Part shown: positions 57,533 through 64,000 of the stretch, piece by piece | Layout: each line of letters begins with the position of its first letter | Numbering within the stretch: position 1 is the stretch's first letter | DNA from: Tissierellia bacterium | GTDB lineage: Bacteria; Bacillota; Clostridia; Tissierellales; Peptoniphilaceae | Direction: 5' to 3' | Assembly: GCA_012728295.1 (NCBI GenBank) | Contig: JAAYFJ010000022.1 | Span: forward strand, 2,006-66,005 | Length of the DNA stretch: 64,000 nucleotides | Program-made: the position numbers and the translations under genes | Notes under the pieces: model-generated | The model's database searches: none | The model's input: the letters and a program-made list of their open reading frames with translations, nothing else | Told to the model about the DNA's origin: nothing

Positions 57533-58969
57533 ATGAACTATAAAGAATTAAGCGAAAGCGCACTAATAGAATATATAAAAAGCAACATGACAGCCCGTGA
57601 AATAGCGTGGGCCAGCATGCAAGAGTCTAAGGACTACTACAACTATGCCCAAGCAATAGACCAAAAAGAGCGGCTAGGTATAAGTAGAAATGGCAGACCT
57701 GTACCAATAGCAAACCTACCTAACAATAAGTTGATAGACAATCAGTATGCGCTGCTGGTAGATAAAAAGGTCAATTACTTATTCAGTAAACCGCCAATAG
57801 TTAAGTGCAAAGAAGATGAAGCCTACCAGAAAGAAGTACAAGACCTTTACAGTATGTCTTTTGTACGAACGCTTAATAAGATAGCACTTGACAGTTACCT
57901 ATGCGGAATAAACTGGATGCATGTGTTCCCATCAGAAGATGGACAGGAATTGCATTATAAAAAAATAGATCCAATGGATGTGTGTCCAATTTGGGGAGAC
58001 AAGGACCATGAGTCGCTGGATGCCTTGATTCACAAGTACACAGTGAATGTGATTGAGGGTGACAAGGTAGTTACAAAACAGAGAATGGGTTTCTACACCA
58101 GAGAATCTGTAAGCATATTTGAATATGAAGAGTATGGGGACTTAAAGAAAATAGAAGAACGGCCACATATAATTAAAGGCAATAAGGGATACAACTTCAA
58201 ACGTATTCCTTTTATTTATTTCAAGTCAAACAGTCTGGAAATACCACTTTTAAAGCGTGTCAAATCTTTGCAAGATGCAATTAACACCATACTATCTAAT
58301 TTTGTAGATAACGTACTAGAAGACCCAAGAAACACCATATTAGTGTTAAAGAACTATGACGGTGAAGACCTAGGAGGATTTAGGGAAAAGCTAGCCCAGT
58401 ATGGAGCAATTAAAGTTAGGTCGGAAGACGGCAGCCAAGGGGGAGTAGATACCCTGGAGATAAACGTAGACCACGAGAACTACAAGACCATATTACAGCT
58501 ATTAAAAGAAGCTTTGATAGAAAATGGTAGAGGTTTAGACGCTAAAAACGATAAGACCTCAACTCAGCCCAATGAATTAAATATTAAATCCATGTATGCA
58601 GATATTGAACTAGATGCCAATGCAACTGAATTAGAATTTCAGGCATCACTGGAATATTTTGAATACTTCTATAGGACTATAAAGGGAATGGATCCTGATG
58701 GGCCATATTCAAAGGTGGAGTTTAGGAGAAATATCATGGTAAACGACCAGTCACAAGTGGAAATGATCAAGAGCTCTATGGGAATAATATCAAGAGAAAC
58801 CTTAATAGCTAATCACCCAATGGTAGATGACACAGAGGAAGAATTAAAACAACTTGATAAAGAGAAAAAAGAAATGATGGACGACATGTATAATCCCTTC
58901 TTAGGTGGTGATGGAGATGAACTATTGGGAGCAAAGGGCAATAGAGAGAACAAAGAGCCAGCACATTAA
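57533..58969 (+). CDS. Portal protein (SPP1 gp6-like)
   Basis: 478 aa, positioned after terL, with an acidic C-terminus typical of portals. Confidence 0.85.
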   Translation: MNYKELSESALIEYIKSNMTAREIAWASMQESKDYYNYAQAIDQKERLGISRNGRPVPIANLPNNKLIDNQYALLVDKKVNYLFSKPPIVKCKEDEAYQKEVQDLYSMSFVRTLNKIALDSYLCGINWMHVFPSEDGQELHYKKIDPMDVCPIWGDKDHESLDALIHKYTVNVIEGDKVVTKQRMGFYTRESVSIFEYEEYGDLKKIEERPHIIKGNKGYNFKRIPFIYFKSNSLEIPLLKRVKSLQDAINTILSNFVDNVLEDPRNTILVLKNYDGEDLGGFREKLAQYGAIKVRSEDGSQGGVDTLEINVDHENYKTILQLLKEALIENGRGLDAKNDKTSTQPNELNIKSMYADIELDANATELEFQASLEYFEYFYRTIKGMDPDGPYSKVEFRRNIMVNDQSQVEMIKSSMGIISRETLIANHPMVDDTEEELKQLDKEKKEMMDDMYNPFLGGDGDELLGAKGNRENKEPAH

Positions 58970-60470
58970 ATCTGAAGAGCTAGTATCAAGGATTGCAAAA
59001 GACCATGACCGGGCTATGATGCATATAGAAAACGATATTTTATACTATATGAACCGTTTAGCTGACAATCTAGGCCTATCATATGCCGAGCTGGAGAAAA
59101 AGCTTACAAAGGGAGAATTGAACCACTTTAGAATGTCTCTTGAAGAGTATATAGAAAAAGGCTCAGGAACTCTTACTCCAGAAACCATAAAAGCATTAGA
59201 ACTGGCTGCTAATATGCACGAGATAACATGCAGACAAGCTATGGTTATAGAGATGGAAAAGCACGTTAGCACACTTTTCAACAAGTATCTAGATAGCACT
59301 ACAACATTTCTAGCCAAGTCATATAAGGGTGAATACTATAGAGCCATGTTTGATGCGCAAAACCTATTAGGCTATGAATATATAGAACGACTAGACGAAC
59401 GAAAGCTAGACATGATATTAAGAAGACCCTGGACTGAAGATGGAAAGACCTTTTCTAAAAGAATTTGGGAAAATCAGGGAAAACTAATGATAGAGTTGGA
59501 AAAGGCATTGGCATATACCAGTATTAGAGGTGGTTCAGCTGAAGATGCTATCAACGCCCTTGCAAAAGCAATGGAGGCGAGCAAATATTCAGCAAGACGG
59601 CTAATCCATACAGAAAATGCTGCAATGGCTTCACAGGCCAATATTGACATGATGAGAAGTATGGGAACGGCTAAGAAGTATCAGATAGTGGCAGTCTTAG
59701 ACCACAAGACCAGTGATATATGTCGAGAGATGGACGGTAAGATATTTAAATATAGTGAGTATAAGATGGGGGAAACGGCCCCAACATTCCACCCGAATTG
59801 CAGAAGCACCATAATTCCATATTTTGGTGACGATATAGAACGAGAGATGGACAGCACTAGAATGGCAAGAGACCCAATCACAGGTAAAAGTGTAAGGGTA
59901 GAGGGGGATTTAAATTATAAACAGTGGCACGATAAGTATGTTAAGTCGAATCCTAAAGCTGTTGCAAAAGAAAAGGCATATAAGAACAGGCATTCTGATA
60001 GAAAACAATATGAACGATACCGGGAAGTTTTAGGGAAAGAAGCGCCCCAATCCTTTGATAAATTCCAAGATTTAAAGTATAATGATAGTAAGAAGTGGGA
60101 AGGTTTAAAGCTTACTTATTCTGATGAATCTTTAAAAAATGCCATAAAAACAAAATATAATCTCAAGATACACCAAGGCAGGCAGGGCAAACATATTAAA
60201 GGTCATAACAATTACACTGAGGGCAGGAGCTTTTTAAGTGAAGGAGTTGACCCACAAAAGTTTGTTGATATGTATGCAGGAACAGGAGAGATTAGAAGAG
60301 ATAGTAATGGTAAATGGATAAGAAAACAGTTTTTTGAGCACAACAAGGAAATTGGTTATTGGATTGATGCTGAATCTGGCGAATCTCATATAACTAATAG
60401 ATTTTCTATTAGTTACAGTAAGGTCAAAGGAACGCATATCGTCCCAGCAATGCCCGAAGGAGTTGATTAA
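58905..60470 (+). CDS. MuF/SPP1-gp7-family head morphogenesis protein fused to a C-terminal polymorphic-toxin domain
   Basis: Phage_Mu_F core block (AVLDHKTSDICREMDGKIFKY...APTFHPNCRSTIIPY). Then a ~100-aa linker (RKQYERYREVLGKEAPQSFDKFQDLKYND). Then a distinct ~105-aa C-terminal domain (HQGRQGKHIKGHNNYTEGRSFL...YAGTGE...). The start is ambiguous (GTG 58905, ATG 58911 or 58917). Confidence 0.85.
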   Translation: MVMEMNYWEQRAIERTKSQHIKSEELVSRIAKDHDRAMMHIENDILYYMNRLADNLGLSYAELEKKLTKGELNHFRMSLEEYIEKGSGTLTPETIKALELAANMHEITCRQAMVIEMEKHVSTLFNKYLDSTTTFLAKSYKGEYYRAMFDAQNLLGYEYIERLDERKLDMILRRPWTEDGKTFSKRIWENQGKLMIELEKALAYTSIRGGSAEDAINALAKAMEASKYSARRLIHTENAAMASQANIDMMRSMGTAKKYQIVAVLDHKTSDICREMDGKIFKYSEYKMGETAPTFHPNCRSTIIPYFGDDIEREMDSTRMARDPITGKSVRVEGDLNYKQWHDKYVKSNPKAVAKEKAYKNRHSDRKQYERYREVLGKEAPQSFDKFQDLKYNDSKKWEGLKLTYSDESLKNAIKTKYNLKIHQGRQGKHIKGHNNYTEGRSFLSEGVDPQKFVDMYAGTGEIRRDSNGKWIRKQFFEHNKEIGYWIDAESGESHITNRFSISYSKVKGTHIVPAMPEGVD

Positions 60471-60665
60471 ATGATTAGTATAAAAGAGATGCGAAAATTA
60501 AAAGGAAAGAACATAAGGCTTGTTGCAAAAAACAATAAAGTGTTTGAAGGTATATGTAAAGCATATCATCAAGCCGAAGATGAAGATGAGGAGCCGATGT
60601 TAGAGATTGGAAAACATTGGGCAATCAAGCAATCAGAAATTAAAGCAATTGAAATACTAGACTAA
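60471..60665 (+). CDS. Candidate cognate immunity protein (64 aa)
   Basis: The ATG immediately abuts the toxin stop codon (TAA-ATG). Small acidic cytoplasmic protein (EDEDEEPMLE). Assigned by position only. Confidence 0.5.
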   Translation: MISIKEMRKLKGKNIRLVAKNNKVFEGICKAYHQAEDEDEEPMLEIGKHWAIKQSEIKAIEILD

Positions 60666-60725
60666 AACCACCGATTAACGTAATTGTTAGCAGGTGGTTT
60701 TATTATGCCCAAAAGGAGGTGTGGT

Positions 60726-61082
60726 ATGGCAAGAGATGATTATTTCACAATAGTTTATTATATTCTCAAATATCTATACGAAGCGTTAAAACAAGGATAT
60801 AGCATAGATGAGAGTGTAATCAGATTGGAACTATATCCAGAGAAAATAAGTGAAAAATACTATGCGTATATTTTAACCAACATGCAAAACGAAGGATTAA
60901 TATAAGGCTTAGAAATAGTAGATATTCCAAGACTAGGAACTAAAGAAAATGCTATTTATGTAAGAGATGTAAAGCAAATAGCTATAACTCCTTTAGGCAT
61001 TGAATACCTTTTAGACAACAATATGATGGCAAAAGCGTATAAGGTATTGAAAGACATGGCGGCTATTTTACCATGGAAATAA
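60726..61082 (+). pseudogene. YjcQ-like phage gene interrupted by an in-frame TAA
   Basis: ATG 60726 behind AAGGAGG. The reading frame continues in the same frame across TAA 60903-60905 to TAA 61080-61082. Both halves resemble B. subtilis YjcQ as I remember it (the C-terminal half is ...ITPLGIEYLLDNNMMAKAYKVLKD). Confidence 0.55.
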
Positions 61083-61120
61083 GGAACAAGTTAGATAAAG
61101 GAGGTGATTACATCTCGCAT

Positions 61121-61150
61121 TAAGACCTTGCGTTAAGGGTCTTATTTTTT
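61121..61150 (+). terminator. Terminator closing the toxin-immunity-yjcQ insert
   Basis: TAAGACC-loop-GGTCTTA followed by TTTTTT. Confidence 0.8.
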
Positions 61151-61234
61151 CGCCTTGGGAATGGCGTTAAAGGCAACCGTCAATTCGTGGTTCGTTACAC
61201 ACGTTAAACAACGTAAATTGAAAGGGGAATAGGA

Positions 61235-61789
61235 ATGAAAAGAGAATTTTTGGAAGAATTAGGATTAGAACAAGAAGTTGTTGAGAAGATTATGGCAGAA
61301 AATGGTAAAGACGTTCAGGCAGAGCAGGCTAAAACAACAGCTGCAGAAACAAAGGCAACTAAGCTTGAAACACAGCTGACTAGCGCCAATGAGACTATTA
61401 AATCCTATAAGGACATGGACATTGAGAAGATTAAAGAATCTGCTACAGAGTGGGAAACAAAAGCCGGGGATTTAGAAAAAGAGCTTACACAAGTTCGCAA
61501 TGAAGCGTTGTTGGATAAAGAGTTAAGCACGGTTAACACTCATGATATGGAAACTTTAAAGAAACTACTGAACCACGAGGAATTAATTTTCAAAGACGGT
61601 GAAGTAGTAGGCTTAAAAGAGCAGATTGCAGGCTTAAGGGAAAGCAAGGCATATTTATTTAAAGAAACAAAAGACCCTGAGACAAAGGACCCTGAAGACA
61701 ATAGATTTGATGTTTACAAGGCACCAGACGGAGCAGGGGGAGCAAAAAGCGTAGTCGAAACACAACTAGATACAATATTTAATATTTAA
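61235..61789 (+). CDS. Phage scaffolding protein
   Basis: 184-aa, highly charged coiled-coil protein (MKREFLEELGLEQEVVEKIMAENGKDV...) directly upstream of the capsid gene. Confidence 0.8.
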   Translation: MKREFLEELGLEQEVVEKIMAENGKDVQAEQAKTTAAETKATKLETQLTSANETIKSYKDMDIEKIKESATEWETKAGDLEKELTQVRNEALLDKELSTVNTHDMETLKKLLNHEELIFKDGEVVGLKEQIAGLRESKAYLFKETKDPETKDPEDNRFDVYKAPDGAGGAKSVVETQLDTIFNI

Positions 61790-61999
61790 AGGGAGAGATG
61801 AAATATGGCAATTAACACATTAGAATTTGCAAAACTTATGATGACCAAACTTGACCAGCACGCAGTAATAGGTGCAACCTCAGGTTGGATGGAAGCAAAT
61901 GCAGGGCAAGTTATTTATAATGGTGGAGACGAGGTAAAGATTCCTACCATGTCCACTCAAGGAATGGGAGAGTATGACATGGACAATGGGTTTGTTCAA

Positions 62000-62024
62000 G
62001 GGTTGCATACTGGTTGCATATTTT
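62000..62024 (+). repeat. 25-bp repeat GGGTTGCATACTGGTTGCATATTTT (right copy)
   Basis: Identical to 52119-52143 and lies 57 bp left of the attR core. Confidence 0.6.
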
Positions 62025-62081
62025 ATCTACAATTGATTTACAGAGCCTTGCAATTACAACGATGTAGCCACTTGGGTCCCC

Positions 62082-62101
62082 AATCCTGTCATCCCGACCA
62101 G
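62082..62101 (+). repeat. attR core (duplicated 3' end of tRNA-Pro)
   Basis: Identical 20-mer to 51996-52015. The bases to its left (CACTTGGGTCC..CC) are a degenerate copy of the tRNA anticodon-stem/variable region. Confidence 0.8.
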
Positions 62102-62106
62102 TCTTT

Positions 62107-62155
62107 GGAGTATTTTCTATATCGTCTGATATAGAAAATACTCCATTTTGTTTTT
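62107..62155 (+). terminator. Ancestral tRNA-Pro terminator displaced by the insertion
   Basis: 16-bp stem GGAGTATTTTCTATAT-cgtctg-ATATAGAAAATACTCC followed by ATTTTGTTTTT, starting 6 nt after the attR core. Confidence 0.8.
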
Positions 62156-62309
62156 CAAACCAATTATTATCTTCTTTAGATATTAATACTGTCTTAACTT
62201 AAGGTATTGATGAATTTATTGGCAATAGTACATAGTTAGTCGTTGTATAGGGGTTTTTGGGTATATATTTATAGAAAAATGATAATGCTTTATTTTAAAG
62301 GAGGGGGAT

Positions 62310-62966
62310 ATGGCTTTTAAGGGTTTAGAAGTTAAAAAAGTTAATGTTTTAAAGGATATAGTACCTTATAGGAGAGGGCAGGTTATCAGTCAAAACCTAA
62401 TTATGAATGACAGTTGTGATATCAGGCTATTCTCATTTGATTCAGGAGAAGAGATAGGACTCCAAGTCCACAGTGCAGACATACTATATTGGCTTCAAGA
62501 CGGTGAGGCGACAATCGTCTTTGAGGGGAGCGAAGTAGATATTAAGGAAAATGAAGCCATAGTAATAGGAAGAGATGAAGCCCATGGACTTAACGTAAAG
62601 AAACCGTCAAAACTATTTCAGATTACGATTTATGAAAGGGAAGGGAAGATGGAAAAATTAATTAAGCACATTGATCACAGTAAAGTTTTCAATATGGAAG
62701 AAGTGTTGGAATATGAAAATGACAAGGTTGCCAGCATGACCCTTACTCAAAATGATAAGATGAGTTTGACTTTAATGTCCTTTGACAAAGGGGAAGGAAT
62801 CAGCACCCATGCCGCTGGTGGAGATGCCATGGTCCAAGTTTTAGATGGTACTGTCGAAATTACCATAGACAAGGACGTCTTTATACTGAACAAAGGTGAG
62901 AGCATAATAATGCCTGCTCATATTCCCCATGGATTAAAGCCATTGAAAGATTCAAGATGTTCCTAA
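62310..62966 (+). CDS. Bicupin-domain protein
   Basis: Two cupin-like halves (GLQVHSADILYWLQDGEATI...; GISTHAAGGDAMVQVLDGTVEI...IMPAHIPHGL). RBS AAGGAGGGGG. Confidence 0.65.
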   Translation: MAFKGLEVKKVNVLKDIVPYRRGQVISQNLIMNDSCDIRLFSFDSGEEIGLQVHSADILYWLQDGEATIVFEGSEVDIKENEAIVIGRDEAHGLNVKKPSKLFQITIYEREGKMEKLIKHIDHSKVFNMEEVLEYENDKVASMTLTQNDKMSLTLMSFDKGEGISTHAAGGDAMVQVLDGTVEITIDKDVFILNKGESIIMPAHIPHGLKPLKDSRCS

Positions 62967-63005
62967 TTGTTGCAAAATAGAGTAATTAATAATGATAATA
63001 TAAAT

Positions 63006-63043
63006 ACCCCTGACATAAGACGGTATAGTCAGGGGTGTTTATT
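63006..63043. terminator. Hairpin terminator between convergent genes
   Basis: ACCCCTGAC-loop-GTCAGGGGT followed by GTTTATT. Confidence 0.7.
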
Positions 63044-63088
63044 CTATAAGAAAGGGAGATGTCCTTTTATAGCATAATAATTATTTAC

Positions 63089-63856
63089 TTACTTATCTTT
63101 ATCATATTCTCTTTTTGCTAATTCAGCAGCGCCAATGGCGCCAGCATAACGGCCCAAAGGCATGGGTCTAACCGTTGTCTTTAGCTTTTGACCCAAGCAA
63201 TAAGCGAAATAGTCTATATGACTTAAGCCGCCAGTTAGTACGACCGTATCCTCAAGGGGAAGTCTTTGTACCATCTGCGCAACCTTGGAGCAAACGCTAT
63301 CCACTATGCCAGAGGCAATGTCTTCACGAGTTTCACCAGAACCGATGTGACCAATTATTTCAGACTCAGCAAAAACTGTGCATAGAGAACTTATTGGAAG
63401 TGGCTTACCTCTTTCTGCCAACCAAAATAAGTCATCAATAGAACATTGGAGACGATTTGCCATGATTTCAACAAATTTCCCTGTACCAGCTGAGCACTTG
63501 TCATTCATCAAGAAGTCGCAAACGGTTCCATTTTCAATGGATATTACCTTAGTGTCCTGTCCACCGACATCAATAATCGTGCAGTTGTCGTGATGTTCAG
63601 CAGCACCTATTCCATGGCAAGTGATTTCCGTAATCTTTTTATCGGCATATTCTACAGCATTTCTTCCATAGCCTGTAGAAACAATTTTAGTAGCTTCTGA
63701 ATTGATATCCACCCCACGCTCCAACAGCATATTAGCTATTGTGGCAGACGTTTCCTTGCTGCTCCAACCGGTGGGTACTACGAATTCAAAAGAACTATCT
63801 CCTCTCACTGCTACCTTGGCAGCAGTAGAGCCTATGTCAATACCAACAAAATTCAT
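63089..63856 (-). CDS. BcrAD/BadFG/HgdC-type ATPase (2-hydroxyacyl-CoA dehydratase / benzoyl-CoA reductase activase family)
   Basis: ASKHA-fold N-terminus MNFVGIDIGSTAAKVAV, the DVGGQDTKVI block, and conserved Cys residues for the bridging [4Fe-4S] cluster (KCSAGTG..., SLCTVFAES). Confidence 0.85.
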   Translation of the reverse strand: MNFVGIDIGSTAAKVAVRGDSSFEFVVPTGWSSKETSATIANMLLERGVDINSEATKIVSTGYGRNAVEYADKKITEITCHGIGAAEHHDNCTIIDVGGQDTKVISIENGTVCDFLMNDKCSAGTGKFVEIMANRLQCSIDDLFWLAERGKPLPISSLCTVFAESEIIGHIGSGETREDIASGIVDSVCSKVAQMVQRLPLEDTVVLTGGLSHIDYFAYCLGQKLKTTVRPMPLGRYAGAIGAAELAKREYDKDK

Positions 63857-63866
63857 TATACTCTCC

Positions 63867-64000
63867 TTAACAATAGCGGTCTCTATCAGGATTTATCTGG
63901 TTTTCCAAAGGTACAATTCTATCGATTACTATTCCGCTCTCGTCAATACACTTTCTAACCGCATCAATGTGGTCTTTATCCACCAACAATGACATTCCGC
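63867..64000 (-). CDS. 3' end of an upstream minus-strand gene (partial, function unknown)
   Basis: The open frame runs to the window edge and ends ...DKDHIDAVRKCIDESGIVIDRIVPLENQINPDRDRYC-stop (TAA complement at 63867-69). The stop overlaps the activase RBS. Confidence 0.3.
   Translation of the reverse strand, partial: GMSLLVDKDHIDAVRKCIDESGIVIDRIVPLENQINPDRDRYC

Larger units (their letters stand above)
51996..62101. mobile_element. Truncated siphovirus-type prophage remnant (~10.1 kb) integrated in the 3' end of tRNA-Pro
   Basis: 20-bp direct repeat AATCCTGTCATCCCGACCAG at 51996-52015 and 62082-62101. A tyrosine integrase is adjacent to the left repeat, and phage ssb, terS, terL, portal, MuF, scaffold and a capsid fragment lie inside. 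There are no tail, lysis, repressor or replication genes. Confidence 0.85.
61805..62134 (+). pseudogene. Major capsid protein gene truncated after codon 66
   Basis: MAINTLEFAKLMMTKLDQ...SGWMEANAGQVIYNGGDEVKIPTMSTQGMGEYDMDNGFVQG is a typical N-terminus of a Firmicutes siphophage major capsid protein. From 62000 the frame runs through the 25-bp repeat, attR and host DNA to an incidental stop. Confidence 0.7.

Noticed and set aside
61805-62134. Idea that excision/circularisation would reconstitute a full capsid gene across attP
   Set aside because: Joining 62101 to 52016 leads into the phage terminator hairpin and the 3' end of int on the opposite strand. No capsid-like coding sequence exists there in any frame I read.
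1-64000. CRISPR arrays, rRNA genes, IS elements/transposases, reverse transcriptases (retron/DGR/group II intron)
   Set aside because: - I saw no regularly spaced short direct repeats, and no rRNA-like conserved blocks.
- No ORF has DDE, HUH or RT (YxDD) signatures.
- The only recombinase is the prophage tyrosine integrase.
63089-64000. Calling a complete 2-hydroxyacyl-CoA dehydratase locus
   Set aside because: Only the activase is within the window. The partial upstream ORF has no recognisable dehydratase motifs in the 43 residues visible, and the neighbouring bicupin is convergent.

Overview
This is a low-GC Firmicutes (Clostridia-like) chromosomal segment, and most of it is ordinary core genome. 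All coordinates and motif matches were read by hand from the sequence, and no database search was run.

Core content, in order:
- A CPBP protease, an aldehyde dehydrogenase, and a WYL regulator plus HIRAN protein pair.
- SLH-anchored surface proteins.
- A five-gene Opp/Dpp-type peptide ABC operon. It runs without a terminator into a 1110-aa SLH-anchored papain-like (C1) exoprotease.
- An HTH protein followed by two tandem mgtE paralogs.
- veg, ispE, murI and purC.
- A secreted protein with a C-terminal glutaredoxin domain.
- A T-box-controlled polar amino-acid ABC operon.
- An LtaS-family enzyme.
- A J-protein plus clpB operon preceded by a CtsR operator.
- A BMP/nucleoside ABC operon.
- xth, a TtcA-like PP-loop ATPase and a MATE exporter.
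- A THF riboswitch upstream of folT.
- htrA, an MBL hydrolase, tRNA-Ala(GGC), two lipoprotein genes and tRNA-Pro(GGG).
- After the prophage, a bicupin protein and a BcrAD/HgdC-type activase.

The one clearly accessory region is a prophage remnant of about 10.1 kb (51996-62101) inserted in the 3' end of tRNA-Pro.
- It is bounded by a 20-bp direct repeat. The ancestral tRNA terminator is stranded at the right junction.
- It carries an integrase, ssb, a VRR-NUC nuclease, a sigma-region-4-like regulator, hicAB, terS, terL and a portal gene.
- It also carries a MuF (SPP1 gp7) head protein fused to a C-terminal toxin domain, with a tightly coupled candidate immunity gene.
- The remaining genes are a YjcQ-like gene with an in-frame stop, a scaffold gene, and a major capsid gene cut off after 66 codons exactly at a 25-bp repeat that also occurs next to int.

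No CRISPR array, rRNA, transposase or reverse transcriptase was seen. I did not find a clear-cut new multi-gene system.

The candidates most worth follow-up are:
- the WYL-HIRAN cassette;
- the MuF-toxin/immunity module in a decaying prophage;
- two short promoter-to-terminator units inside the prophage;
- a T-box whose canonical specifier register reads UAA;
- the regulator plus double-mgtE operon, which has no M-box.
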